A stretch of 63,958 nt of DNA, filler included, from Lama guanicoe (GCA_013239625.1; 208 parts of 208 records of this genome joined end to end with filler, not necessarily neighbours in it), one strand, 5' to 3'. Shown: positions 37,779 through 51,430, counted from the whole stretch's first letter. A program made the numbers and translations. Notes: generated from the letters alone by a model not told the origin.

Positions 37779-38589
37779 NNNNNNNNNNNNNNNNNNNNNN
37801 NNNNNNNNNNNNNNNNNNNNNNTTAATTAATTAANNNNNNNNNNNNNNNNNNNNNNNNNNNNNNNNNNNNNNNNNNNNAACTTCAATGCCACCTTTCAAA
37901 GAATAAAAGGAAGGCTGCCAGTGCCCAGCCTGGTGCATTGCAGGACCAAGGAAAGAATTCTGCCACAAGAGGGAGCAAGAGGCCCGGAGCAGGTGTATTC
38001 ACAGGAAGTCAGAGAAAGCCCCGGAAGTCCTAGTCTAAGGGCTGTGGGAAGGCACTTGTCTCCCACAGGGAGTTAGTGAAGACCTCNNNNNNNNNNNNNN
38101 NNNNNNNNNNNNNNNNNNNNNNNNNNNNNNTTAATTAATTAANNNNNNNNNNNNNNNNNNNNNNNNNNNNNNNNNNNNNNNNNNNNGAGACAGGCGGTGT
38201 TGGGGTTTTACGGGTGAAGGCCTGAGGGTCTTGTAAGACAAGGGGAGGAGGAGTGACCTAGGAGAATGTGGTTGGACTGCAGGACAGAAGGAGGCCCCGT
38301 TTTAGACGTGAAGCTGTCGAGTGTGGCATCAAAAGCAGAAGCACAGTTTTCGGAAGGGCAGTGGGCCTTGTTTTATGTGGATAGAAGTCATTATNNNNNN
38401 NNNNNNNNNNNNNNNNNNNNNNNNNNNNNNNNNNNNNNTTAATTAATTAANNNNNNNNNNNNNNNNNNNNNNNNNNNNNNNNNNNNNNNNNNNNATAATG
38501 GCAAGTAAAATAGAGGAAAATTACTGAGATCTCCCAGTGGCCCATGTCAGAAATTGGGCATCCTTAAACCTCTGCCTTACTTCCCACAT

Positions 38590-38702
38590 CAGTTAATCTA
38601 TTTGTGTCTTTATATTTAAAGTGGGTTTCTTGTAGGCGGCATATAGGTGGGTCTTTTTTTTTAACTGCTCTGCCCATCTCTGCCTTTTAATTGAGTTGTT
38701 TT
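38590..38702 (-). mobile_element. Old L1 ORF2 N-terminal fragment
   Basis: gtgtctttatatttaaagtgggtttcttgtaggcggcatataggtgggtc. Confidence 0.7.
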
Positions 38703-38802
38703 NNNNNNNNNNNNNNNNNNNNNNNNNNNNNNNNNNNNNNNNNNNNTTAATTAATTAANNNNNNNNNNNNNNNNNNNNNNNNNNNNNNNNNNNNNNNNNN
38801 NN

Positions 38803-39010
38803 GCTCTCTATTCTGTTCCATTGGTCTATATGTCTGTTTTGGTACCGATACTAGCTATTCTATATCATCGTGGTTTTGATTTGCATTTCCCTGATGATTA
38901 GTGAAGTTGATCACCTTTCATTCATGTTGGCTATTTCTATGTATTCTTTGTGGAAATTTTGGTCTTTTGCCTATTTTTTGAGGGTTTTTTGGAGGTGTTG
39001 AGTTGTATGA
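38803..39010 (-). mobile_element. L1 ORF2 fragments
   Basis: ctctattctgttccattggtctatatgtctgttttggtacc joined to gtggttttgatttgcatttccctgatgattagtga. Confidence 0.85.
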
Positions 39011-39418
39011 NNNNNNNNNNNNNNNNNNNNNNNNNNNNNNNNNNNNNNNNNNNNTTAATTAATTAANNNNNNNNNNNNNNNNNNNNNNNNNNNNNNNNNN
39101 NNNNNNNNNNTGCCCCATTCTGCACAATGTCTCTTTAATTTGTTCTTGGGCAGGTGTATCAGGCACCCCCATCCTAGGCCTTGGCTCTGAGCTCTGGGAG
39201 GTTGGAGGTGGTCCCAGCCTCAGTCTGGCTGCTCCTGCCAGAGACCCAGGACCTGAACCCAGGCCTGATTCCCAGCTCCTGTATCCATTTTGCATTATAG
39301 TGAACCAAGTTTGAGGCCNNNNNNNNNNNNNNNNNNNNNNNNNNNNNNNNNNNNNNNNNNNNTTAATTAATTAANNNNNNNNNNNNNNNNNNNNNNNNNN
39401 NNNNNNNNNNNNNNNNNN

Positions 39419-39600
39419 AGCTGTGCTAGTTTCTGGGGACATATTGGTAAGCAGAAATGCACATGGTTCCTGCTGCTGTGGAAGTTGCAGTTACTGAGGG
39501 AGACAGGTGAATCAATCACTGCAAATAAATGAAAAATTGCCATTATTAAAGTTGTTAGGAAGGAGATGTACAGGTGCTGTGAAAGTATGTGCAAACATCT
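39419..39600 (-). mobile_element. L2 3' region
   Basis: ctgtgctagtttctggggacata...catggttcctgct...gaagttgcagt...gggagacag. Confidence 0.6.
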
Positions 39601-41266
39601 TATGATCCGAGGTTGAATGGTGACTTNNNNNNNNNNNNNNNNNNNNNNNNNNNNNNNNNNNNNNNNNNNNTTAATTAATTAANNNNNNNNNNNNNNNNNN
39701 NNNNNNNNNNNNNNNNNNNNNNNNNNAAGAAAGTAGGCAAGGAAGATAAAGTTCCCAAAGAGAAGACTCCTGAGTGAACAAAGCCAAGGAGGCCTCAGAG
39801 AAGGAGTCACCATACCCAAGACTGCCATTTTCCAGATACTATCTTCAGTGGGTTCTGCGTCATCTGGATTTCTTTGTCAGAGGGAGATCAAGATAAAATG
39901 AACACCCCAAGCTCACTGTTTTGAGCAGTATGAANNNNNNNNNNNNNNNNNNNNNNNNNNNNNNNNNNNNNNNNNNNNTTAATTAATTAANNNNNNNNNN
40001 NNNNNNNNNNNNNNNNNNNNNNNNNNNNNNNNNNGCCCCTGGCAGGGTCTGGGGACAGACTGGTGGAGAAACCTACTTGATGAGACCTGTCAACCAAGGA
40101 CATGTCCAATCCCACTTTCTGCGGGGATCTCCAGATGGCTCCCTTCCCCACCCCGGCACTGACATCTCGTTAAAGCAGTTCCGGTGAACCTAACACCGGG
40201 GGCCACGCCCTTGTGCTCCCCCATGAAGCAGAGGGGCTCCAGNNNNNNNNNNNNNNNNNNNNNNNNNNNNNNNNNNNNNNNNNNNNTTAATTAATTAANN
40301 NNNNNNNNNNNNNNNNNNNNNNNNNNNNNNNNNNNNNNNNNNTATTTTTAATGCTACTGAAACATAGAAAAGGGAAAAAACATTACTATATTTGGTCTAG
40401 AAAGGATGGGGAACAGAAAGATTCGCTAAGTAAATAGCATTTGCTTTCTCTGGAATGAACAAACAATTTCTTTTTTTTGGTATCTACAAAGATGTAAAAG
40501 CACAAATACCCTGTTGAATCTCTTTGTTCATATTTCACTCTCATTTTTTTNNNNNNNNNNNNNNNNNNNNNNNNNNNNNNNNNNNNNNNNNNNNTTAATT
40601 AATTAANNNNNNNNNNNNNNNNNNNNNNNNNNNNNNNNNNNNNNNNNNNNGGCTCCCTTCCTTCCAGAAATCTCTATGTTCCCTCCTCCTGAACATTGGC
40701 TGAACTTTGCAACTATCTTATTCAATAGCATTCATGGGAGGGGACCTTGTGGGACATCCAAGAAAAGGCAGCACAGCTCCTCCCCGGGGCTGTCCCCATC
40801 TCACCCCCGCCTCATCTTAATCTCCAAGGCTTCAAGCTTTCTTACTGTGTTCTTCAGANNNNNNNNNNNNNNNNNNNNNNNNNNNNNNNNNNNNNNNNNN
40901 NNTTAATTAATTAANNNNNNNNNNNNNNNNNNNNNNNNNNNNNNNNNNNNNNNNNNNNGGCACAGGTGCTGAGTCAGACCGCGCAGCCTCTGCAGGAGAA
41001 GGGAGGAGGATGCACGGTCAGGCAGGAGAGGAGACAGACTGAGGTTTTGTAAGCTGTGGCCAGCAGGTGGGCTTTTAGAGCCATGGGAAGCCATTGGAGG
41101 GTTTTAAGTCAGTCGGCTTTTTGTGTTTCAGAAATGTTTGCTTTCATTGTAAGGCAGGGAATGGGTNNNNNNNNNNNNNNNNNNNNNNNNNNNNNNNNNN
41201 NNNNNNNNNNTTAATTAATTAANNNNNNNNNNNNNNNNNNNNNNNNNNNNNNNNNNNNNNNNNNNN

Positions 41267-41474
41267 ATATCCTAAATTCTGTGTTCTGAATTCCATGTTC
41301 TAAATTTTGTTTTCTCCCTTCTGTATTCTATATTCAATATTTTGTATTATTTATTCTGCAATCTTCATTCTATATTATGAATTCTGTATCCTATATTCTA
41401 ATTTCTGTGTTCTGAATTCAATGAGCTAAATTCTGTGTTCTGTATTCTCTATTCAATATTCTATATTCTGTGTT
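41267..41474 (+). repeat. AT-rich 7-bp-unit satellite
   Basis: Periodic aattctg/tgttctg/tattcta units. Confidence 0.9.
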
Positions 41475-41574
41475 NNNNNNNNNNNNNNNNNNNNNNNNNN
41501 NNNNNNNNNNNNNNNNNNTTAATTAATTAANNNNNNNNNNNNNNNNNNNNNNNNNNNNNNNNNNNNNNNNNNNN

Positions 41575-41782
41575 CAAAAGATGTGCAAGACTTATACACT
41601 GAAAACTACAAAACATCACTGAAAGAAATAAAAGAAGACCTAAATAAATGGAAAGACATCCTGTATTCATGGATTGGAAGACTTAATATACGTTAAGATG
41701 GCAATACTTCCCAAACTGACCTATAGAGTCAATGCAATTCCTATCAAAATCCCAGGTACTTTTTTGACAAGTTAATTCTAAA
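41575..41782 (+). mobile_element. L1 ORF2 RT C-terminal fragment, frameshifted
   Basis: [38 protein letters not shown] / [21 protein letters not shown]. Confidence 0.93.
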
Positions 41783-41896
41783 NNNNNNNNNNNNNNNNNN
41801 NNNNNNNNNNNNNNNNNNNNNNNNNNTTAATTAATTAANNNNNNNNNNNNNNNNNNNNNNNNNNNNNNNNNNNNNNNNNNNNACACACACACACAC

Positions 41897-42090
41897 CCTG
41901 CAGCCTCTTTATCCAGTCTTCTATCAATGGACATTTAGGTTGTTTCCATGTCTTGGCTACAGTAAATAGTGCTGCTATGAATATGGGTGCATGTACCTTT
42001 TCAAACCAGAGTTTCCTCTGGTTATATGCCCAGGAGTGGGACTGCTGGATCTTTGGGTAAGTCTATTTTCAGTTTTTTTAAGGAATCTTG
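41897..42090 (-). mobile_element. L1 ORF2 3' fragment, preceded by (AC)n
   Basis: tggacatttaggttgtttccatgtcttggcta...aaatagtgctgctatgaa...cccaggagtgggactgctgga. Confidence 0.9.
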
Positions 42091-43489
42091 NNNNNNNNNN
42101 NNNNNNNNNNNNNNNNNNNNNNNNNNNNNNNNNNTTAATTAATTAANNNNNNNNNNNNNNNNNNNNNNNNNNNNNNNNNNNNNNNNNNNNACTGGGAAAA
42201 GGTGAACACTGGATTGTGATAAAGCTGAAACAAAACCCTCGGTTGATTAGAAGAGGAAGATTAGAGCTGAGATGGCTTTTTGGAATCATCCAAAATTGGA
42301 GAAATGGGACTGAGACTTTATTCCCCTGCAGAGCTCTGTTCAGCCAAGATCAAGTACCAGAGAAGGATGCGGCGAAGAGCTCTCAGCTCCCATCACTCNN
42401 NNNNNNNNNNNNNNNNNNNNNNNNNNNNNNNNNNNNNNNNNNTTAATTAATTAANNNNNNNNNNNNNNNNNNNNNNNNNNNNNNNNNNNNNNNNNNNNAA
42501 CCCCCAAACCGAAATGCTCTTAGTTCACATAAGTAGGTCTGAAGTTCCGGTTACTTAAGAATCAGCTTGTGACGCTCTCCACAATCCACTTTCTAAACCC
42601 CATGCCACCTTCTCACCTCCCGGAAGTTTCTGGACAAGCCAGGATGTTCTGTTCACGCTCAGCTAATAAAAGTCACACTTTTGTTTTTACTCCATACCTA
42701 GGTCCTNNNNNNNNNNNNNNNNNNNNNNNNNNNNNNNNNNNNNNNNNNNNTTAATTAATTAANNNNNNNNNNNNNNNNNNNNNNNNNNNNNNNNNNNNNN
42801 NNNNNNATGCTCCTCTGTCCTTTCCTTTTCCAAATCTCCGAGAGAAAAAGACAAGGACCCCCCCCTCCACACACACACACACTGCAAGGGGATGGCCTCC
42901 AGTGCTGGATGAAGAAAAACCAACATCACATCAAGTTCAGTCATAATCATCCTCTGGGACTAGATAGTCTAATTTTTAAAATATAAGACAATGTGTGATT
43001 TAAAGAGATCACAGNNNNNNNNNNNNNNNNNNNNNNNNNNNNNNNNNNNNNNNNNNNNTTAATTAATTAANNNNNNNNNNNNNNNNNNNNNNNNNNNNNN
43101 NNNNNNNNNNNNNNAAATTCAACCAAGGAAAGCCAAGTTCACATGAAATGCTTGTTTTCAAATAAGGAAACTCAAGTGTGAAATTGTACCACAAATATGT
43201 ACACAGAGAGTCTTACATGAAATAGTCTATGCAACCCATGCATTGAGAATAAGGAATGTGTGTCAGAAATATATGTGCTTAGCTAATGGTCTAGGTGTCA
43301 AGTGCCCTGACTCCAACCATCTNNNNNNNNNNNNNNNNNNNNNNNNNNNNNNNNNNNNNNNNNNNNTTAATTAATTAANNNNNNNNNNNNNNNNNNNNNN
43401 NNNNNNNNNNNNNNNNNNNNNNTTTAAGCTTTGTGGCCCAAGAGACAAAATTAAGGGCATGATTTAGATACGTACATAACCATTTTATT

Positions 43490-43630
43490 TAATTAATTTT
43501 TTTTTATTGAAGTAGAGTTGATTTACACTGTTGTGTTAGTTTCTGGTGTACAGCAGAGAGATTCACTTATATATACACATAGATTCTTTTCCATTGTGGT
43601 TTATTACAAGATATTGAATATAGTCCCCTG
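43490..43630 (-). mobile_element. L1 3' terminus with T-rich tail
   Basis: tttttattgaagtagagttgatttacactgttgtgttagtttctggtgtacagc...tacaagatattgaatatagtcccctg. Confidence 0.88.
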
Positions 43631-45324
43631 NNNNNNNNNNNNNNNNNNNNNNNNNNNNNNNNNNNNNNNNNNNNTTAATTAATTAANNNNNNNNNNNNNN
43701 NNNNNNNNNNNNNNNNNNNNNNNNNNNNNNCATGTACATGTTCTGATGGATATTGTGCAGTAAGAGCCACGTTAGGAACGATACTCCCAAGTGGCGCCTT
43801 ACTCCTGACCTTGCTCTCCTCTTTCTGGGCAGCGTTTTCATTGGCCACTTAATTCTTCCAGGTACATTTTGTGATTTCCTTCATCTCAGTGATGTGTCTG
43901 AAAGGTCATTGATCATACTTTGTGAACGGTCAAGGATTNNNNNNNNNNNNNNNNNNNNNNNNNNNNNNNNNNNNNNNNNNNNTTAATTAATTAANNNNNN
44001 NNNNNNNNNNNNNNNNNNNNNNNNNNNNNNNNNNNNNNGTAGTCCTTTGCTTGAATCTCCCTACTTACGCCCTGTACACAGGTCGTTATTTTCTTTTTAA
44101 TCTCACTGTGATAAGAGTGGCAAAAATTAAGGTCTCTCAGCGCATTTCATGGATAAAAATGTGTCAATCATAAAGCCTTTTTTTCCTAAGACATAAGCAA
44201 TAGATCCTAAGAACTTCTTCCCCTCTAAACCAAGGAGAGAAGACTTNNNNNNNNNNNNNNNNNNNNNNNNNNNNNNNNNNNNNNNNNNNNTTAATTAATT
44301 AANNNNNNNNNNNNNNNNNNNNNNNNNNNNNNNNNNNNNNNNNNNNCCTCTGACAATAGACATAGTTTGGAGCTGGGGGGCCTGCCTGAAGCCACAGGCA
44401 TTCTACTTGTTGAAAAAAGCACTGCTGTTTGGGGAGGAGCCCAGGAGGTCTCTCCTAGCATCAAGCAAGAAGGGCAGCCTGGAAGGTCCCAGGAGCAGAG
44501 ACACACAGAGCCTCGGTTCTCTACCCTCCGAGCCCACATAAGTGGTGACAAGAGNNNNNNNNNNNNNNNNNNNNNNNNNNNNNNNNNNNNNNNNNNNNTT
44601 AATTAATTAANNNNNNNNNNNNNNNNNNNNNNNNNNNNNNNNNNNNNNNNNNNNATTTTACCATTTTTGGAAAATTATCATTTAACATGATTCATAGTTG
44701 GATCGGACATGAGAGTTTGGATCTCAGCAGTTTGCAGGTACAAGGCACCAGAATTCATGGGAGCAGATGAGAACTCCCAGGGAAACTGGACTTAGCAGGA
44801 AAAGAAGGATGAAAATAGAACCTTGAGGAAGGCTGTAATTCAACAAGTCAGATTTTGGAAGGNNNNNNNNNNNNNNNNNNNNNNNNNNNNNNNNNNNNNN
44901 NNNNNNTTAATTAATTAANNNNNNNNNNNNNNNNNNNNNNNNNNNNNNNNNNNNNNNNNNNNTAGACAGACTGACCCCTGGCATCACACAGGTGGTCTGC
45001 CAAGATTACCTTCAATCCTTTACGAGCCGCCTTGGGACACAGGGAAGATTTCCTCCCATGCTGGCAGGTTTGCCTGCAAAGCTTGGAATGCTTCTTTGCT
45101 AACTTCATAGGCATTTCAGCAAGGAAGTTAGAGTGATTGTTCAGGGCTGCCATCCAGAGCCATTTAATTTNNNNNNNNNNNNNNNNNNNNNNNNNNNNNN
45201 NNNNNNNNNNNNNNTTAATTAATTAANNNNNNNNNNNNNNNNNNNNNNNNNNNNNNNNNNNNNNNNNNNNGTTAATCCTAGACCCCTGATTTATCCCTCC
45301 CATGCCCTTTCCCCTTTGGTAACC

Positions 45325-45450
45325 ATACAGATAAGTCCCCTGCAATGAAAACAGTCTTTCTCTTCCAGAAAGAAGTGCACCACCAAGGCTCATTTTGTTT
45401 GTCCTTCTGGAAGAGAAGGACTGTTTTCATTGCAGGGAGTTTATTTGTAT
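45325..45450. repeat. Long inverted repeat (~49-bp arms, 33-bp core with one difference) inside an L1 3' UTR fragment
   Basis: 45338-45370 ccctgcaatgaaaacagtctttctcttccagaa is the reverse complement of 45405-45437 except one position. Confidence 0.9.
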
Positions 45451-45886
45451 TCATTTCTTAACGATGATACTCAGGTAANNNNNNNNNNNNNNNNNNNNNN
45501 NNNNNNNNNNNNNNNNNNNNNNTTAATTAATTAANNNNNNNNNNNNNNNNNNNNNNNNNNNNNNNNNNNNNNNNNNNNAATAACATGGATGAGACTGAAT
45601 TTTAAGATTTAAATTTTCATCTGTGCCCCCCCCTCTCGAAACATGATTACGTTATTTTTCTTCTAAGCCTTCGTTTCAAATGGCTGAGACTTCGAGAGGC
45701 AGATTGAAAGTACTTCCCTTTCAGAATAACAACAACCCCAAATAAATGATCTTTACTCGTATCACAGTTGATGTAAAAAAAAAAAANNNNNNNNNNNNNN
45801 NNNNNNNNNNNNNNNNNNNNNNNNNNNNNNTTAATTAATTAANNNNNNNNNNNNNNNNNNNNNNNNNNNNNNNNNNNNNNNNNNNN

Positions 45887-46075
45887 CTTTTCCACATCCT
45901 TCCAAAAGTTGTTATTGTCCTTTTTTTCCATTTTAGCCATCCTAGTATGTGTGAAGTTGTATCTCACAGTGATTTTTATTTTCATTTCATGTCATGAGGC
46001 TGGACATTTTTTAATATACTTATTTTTTATGTGCAGTGTGTAAATTTTTTTTGAACAATATCTATTAAAATCCTT
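45887..46075 (-). mobile_element. Old L1 ORF2 3' fragment
   Basis: cattttagccatcctagtatgtgtgaagttgtatctca. Confidence 0.75.
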
Positions 46076-47426
46076 CAAGATGTACTGCAGATAANNNNNN
46101 NNNNNNNNNNNNNNNNNNNNNNNNNNNNNNNNNNNNNNTTAATTAATTAANNNNNNNNNNNNNNNNNNNNNNNNNNNNNNNNNNNNNNNNNNNNTGCCCC
46201 TCCTCTTACACCCTCGCCTGGAGGTGGTCTCTTGACTGATGGACGGCTCCTGACCCTGGAGGGCTCAGTCATGTTTGTCCCCTTTTGTACATGAACACAG
46301 AAAAACCCGTGGGGAGGCCTAAACCGCAATGCTAATTATATTACAATGAGCACTGAGTCACGTCCAGTTGAGTGGGGGCCTTGTCGCTGCCTCACAGCCA
46401 CGNNNNNNNNNNNNNNNNNNNNNNNNNNNNNNNNNNNNNNNNNNNNTTAATTAATTAANNNNNNNNNNNNNNNNNNNNNNNNNNNNNNNNNNNNNNNNNN
46501 NNAGATAAGGCATACGTTTCCTTTAACATAAATCTGTTTTGTTTCCTCCAATCTCAAAAATATCTGATCTATGCTCAGATCACTCAATTAGAATAACTAT
46601 TAAAGTCCATATAAATTGTATCACCAGACGGTGTCAGTTCTTTAGCTGAAGTTATGCAGTTGGGGCACAGTTTACTTTTATACTCAGATTAAATGCCTTG
46701 GACCCCTCATNNNNNNNNNNNNNNNNNNNNNNNNNNNNNNNNNNNNNNNNNNNNTTAATTAATTAANNNNNNNNNNNNNNNNNNNNNNNNNNNNNNNNNN
46801 NNNNNNNNNNCTGGGGAAGGGCAGCCTGAGTAAAAGGAGCAGGTGGGAAACAGCGTAAGGCATTAAGGAAACTAGAACACTGTTACTGGCGGTGGAATGG
46901 GAAGACAAAACATGCTGCCTTCAAAATGAACCACCACTGAATTAATTTCAAGTGAGGACGGCTAAAACAAGAACCAACTCCAAGATACACCTAACTTTCC
47001 CAGGGATGAATTTCTTTTNNNNNNNNNNNNNNNNNNNNNNNNNNNNNNNNNNNNNNNNNNNNTTAATTAATTAANNNNNNNNNNNNNNNNNNNNNNNNNN
47101 NNNNNNNNNNNNNNNNNNCCCTGTGGGGGAGGCAGTGGGTTTGGAGTCAGGTTGGACTGCCTTGTTTTAGGGTACCACTTTCCTTCTCTGGGCCTGTCTG
47201 CCCACTTACAACATGGGGCACGACAAAGAGCAGAAAGAGAGCTTCACACTCCATATAACCAACAGCGGACTCATATCGGAATATAGAAAAATATACAAAT
47301 ATACCAAGAGCCCCTCAAGGAAAAGANNNNNNNNNNNNNNNNNNNNNNNNNNNNNNNNNNNNNNNNNNNNTTAATTAATTAANNNNNNNNNNNNNNNNNN
47401 NNNNNNNNNNNNNNNNNNNNNNNNNN

Positions 47427-47634
<208 letters not shown>

Positions 47635-48042
47635 NNNNNNNNNNNNNNNNNNNNNNNNNNNNNNNNNNNNNNNNNNNNTTAATTAATTAANNNNNNNNNN
47701 NNNNNNNNNNNNNNNNNNNNNNNNNNNNNNNNNNGTTGAGCAAAGTCCTCTGTGACTGGCCTCTATGGATAAGAATTGCACAACATCTAAAAGCCATTTT
47801 TTAAGAAAGAGTTTGTCATATACTGATTTTGTAATCAGAGCAGGAGTTCCTTACAGCATCTGTCACATGAGATTTCACAGAACAATTGTCCATGAGGGAA
47901 CGCAGGCCCCACACAAGTCAGTCCTCATCTTTAACAAGTAAGNNNNNNNNNNNNNNNNNNNNNNNNNNNNNNNNNNNNNNNNNNNNTTAATTAATTAANN
48001 NNNNNNNNNNNNNNNNNNNNNNNNNNNNNNNNNNNNNNNNNN

Positions 48043-48250
48043 AATTCTACCACCCTGTTTTCAAGTATATTGATCATTCCTTTTGCTCAATATAGTCTAC
48101 TATTGAACCTCTCAACTGAATTCTTCAGTTCAATTACTTTTATTCTATTTTTCAGTTCTATGATTGCTGTTCTATACCTTTCCATATTTTCTATCTCTTG
48201 TTAAAGTTTTCACTTTGTTCATTAATTGCTCTCTTGAATCAGTGAGCATC
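48043..48250 (-). mobile_element. L1 ORF1-region fragment
   Basis: agtctactattgaacctctcaactgaattcttcagttca...ttcagttctatgatt. Confidence 0.65.
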
Positions 48251-51122
48251 NNNNNNNNNNNNNNNNNNNNNNNNNNNNNNNNNNNNNNNNNNNNTTAATT
48301 AATTAANNNNNNNNNNNNNNNNNNNNNNNNNNNNNNNNNNNNNNNNNNNNTTGGGCAGAAGATGTGAAGATTTTAAATGTGCACTTATAAATATAAAGAG
48401 TAAAGCTCAAAGCTGAAATTCGGAAAAAAAAATGTTGTTGTTGCAGAAAACACTATGTGCTTTAATTTCTTTTAAAAAAAAAACCTGGTGATATTTGGAA
48501 ATGGTGCACTTAATATATTTTTTATCTTCCTGATTATCTTGGTAGAAGGGAACTGGCTNNNNNNNNNNNNNNNNNNNNNNNNNNNNNNNNNNNNNNNNNN
48601 NNTTAATTAATTAANNNNNNNNNNNNNNNNNNNNNNNNNNNNNNNNNNNNNNNNNNNNGATTTGAGTAGTGTCTACAATTTAGCCACCATTAAATACTCA
48701 TTTTGACCCTGTGTGTCTATTTTTTATTGCGAATAAAGTGAATTCATTATTTATGGGTTGCTTTACAGAAAAGAAAAAGAAAACAAAACCAAACCCAACA
48801 AGGCCCATTACTGGCTGTTGTGACGGTATTTCAATATAGTCTCTTACTCGGTGTGAATTTTTTTTANNNNNNNNNNNNNNNNNNNNNNNNNNNNNNNNNN
48901 NNNNNNNNNNTTAATTAATTAANNNNNNNNNNNNNNNNNNNNNNNNNNNNNNNNNNNNNNNNNNNNTTGTATATGCTTCTAGTTTTAATTCCTTTTAAAT
49001 TTTTCTTTTAAAGTAATTATATTATTTTTTAAAAAATCACCTGATTTCATTTTCATTTCTTTTGGGTTTGAGCTCCTGTTACTGATTATAAATAGGTTTC
49101 AAATGTCATTTTTCAATCTTTTTTCTTTTTTTTTAAGGGTTTTTAAAAAGATGTCTCAACTCGAATGCTAGTCTNNNNNNNNNNNNNNNNNNNNNNNNNN
49201 NNNNNNNNNNNNNNNNNNTTAATTAATTAANNNNNNNNNNNNNNNNNNNNNNNNNNNNNNNNNNNNNNNNNNNNCACGCCTGCAGACACTAAATGCCTTC
49301 TGCTGTCTTTTCCAGGATGACTTAACCTCGTGATTCTCTTTCAGCTCCTAGTTTCAGCTGAAGTGGTCCATGGGAAAGAGGAAGCTGACTCTGAGCAGAG
49401 GGTCCTAACACTCACCCTCAACCCAAATCCCTGCCTTCACAGCACCGTGGCTGCCATCTCAGGTCCCTGCAGAGGGCAGGGGNNNNNNNNNNNNNNNNNN
49501 NNNNNNNNNNNNNNNNNNNNNNNNNNTTAATTAATTAANNNNNNNNNNNNNNNNNNNNNNNNNNNNNNNNNNNNNNNNNNNNACTTATTTATTTTTTGCT
49601 TTAGTTCTGCAATAATTTATAAATCTAAGCATTAGAAATAAATGTTATCTTTTCATATACACAAAAATAGCTTTGACTTACTAACATGATTACAATTTTC
49701 AACAGTAATTCTTGTGTTAAAAAACATAGTTTAACCAAGTATGTCTGAAGATCTAAATGGCTATATTCAAAGATTCCTGAATCAGGGAGCNNNNNNNNNN
49801 NNNNNNNNNNNNNNNNNNNNNNNNNNNNNNNNNNTTAATTAATTAANNNNNNNNNNNNNNNNNNNNNNNNNNNNNNNNNNNNNNNNNNNNACTGCCCTGC
49901 TACATGGCTGCATTCTTCAGTCGGATCCCTGGACTCTATCCAGTCCTAAGGGTCTACCTGGATATTTAGTATTAGACCACCAGTACGACTTGCTCTGTAA
50001 CTACTCTTACCCACTATTCTGGTCTTGATAGACACCTGGCCCTTGTAGCCAACTGTTGGCAGCACAGCTATTGGTGTTAACAAACTTCCGACTTTCTANN
50101 NNNNNNNNNNNNNNNNNNNNNNNNNNNNNNNNNNNNNNNNNNTTAATTAATTAANNNNNNNNNNNNNNNNNNNNNNNNNNNNNNNNNNNNNNNNNNNNTC
50201 CCTCCCATAAACCCTCTCCTCCCATCCTGGCCCCCAGGTCTCACTGTCTCTCACACTCTGTGTCTCTGGTCCAGTAGCCCCCACCCTCTCACGTGGGGCT
50301 TCATTTGAGCAGGGACCCCAATAACCAGTCTGGAGCCTCCAAAGGAATATGGGCTCGGGATGGGACTTCCTCACCTGAGACCAGGAGCTCCAGGGGGTCG
50401 CTGGGGNNNNNNNNNNNNNNNNNNNNNNNNNNNNNNNNNNNNNNNNNNNNTTAATTAATTAANNNNNNNNNNNNNNNNNNNNNNNNNNNNNNNNNNNNNN
50501 NNNNNNCAGCATAAGCCAGGCAAACAACGAGCACCTGTGAGCCTGAGTGATGGCCGTGAAAAGCGTGCACAGGGAGGTGTTTTTGCTGAAAGAGCCAAGC
50601 ACATCTCCAAAGCCCGGCCGGCACTAACTGCAGGGCACTAACTCCCTGCCCTCCCATCACCCTCCGGTGTCGGGAAGAGCCGCAGCGTGGAAGGAAGGGC
50701 AGAGGGCTAAACTCNNNNNNNNNNNNNNNNNNNNNNNNNNNNNNNNNNNNNNNNNNNNTTAATTAATTAANNNNNNNNNNNNNNNNNNNNNNNNNNNNNN
50801 NNNNNNNNNNNNNNGGGAAGCTCAGAGATACATCCTCCTCAGGTGGGAAAGCGTTCCTCAGCTTGGAGTTCTCTAGTCTATCATTTGACTCATGCCTTTT
50901 CTTTTAAGTTAGTGGTTTGGTTCTTCCTTTTGTGGTTTGTCTTTAAGTGCATTTGTTTTCAGCTGCCTCTGCTGATTCTTCTGCAAAGTGAGTGTGGTTG
51001 GGAACTACATGTCTGGTTAGCANNNNNNNNNNNNNNNNNNNNNNNNNNNNNNNNNNNNNNNNNNNNTTAATTAATTAANNNNNNNNNNNNNNNNNNNNNN
51101 NNNNNNNNNNNNNNNNNNNNNN

Positions 51123-51330
51123 ACAGGATAAATACTTACTCTGGATTCTCAGACTCTTTTCTAGTGTCAGATGAAATTTCCTGCATTTTTTAATGTAGAA
51201 CTGATTTGTAGCTTTGACCATCCCTGATATATGTAATTAGTGGTTTTAACAAATGAAAAGAAATTTTGTGTTCCATTCAAGCTTGTTGAAGGGCGGCTTT
51301 AACAAACACTTATCTCTCAGAACTGAGCAT
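51123..51330 (-). repeat. ~248-bp-monomer satellite, copy 3
   Basis: Colinear with 21249; ends ttatctctcagaactgagcat. Confidence 0.8.
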
Positions 51331-51430
51331 NNNNNNNNNNNNNNNNNNNNNNNNNNNNNNNNNNNNNNNNNNNNTTAATTAATTAANNNNNNNNNNNNNN
51401 NNNNNNNNNNNNNNNNNNNNNNNNNNNNNN

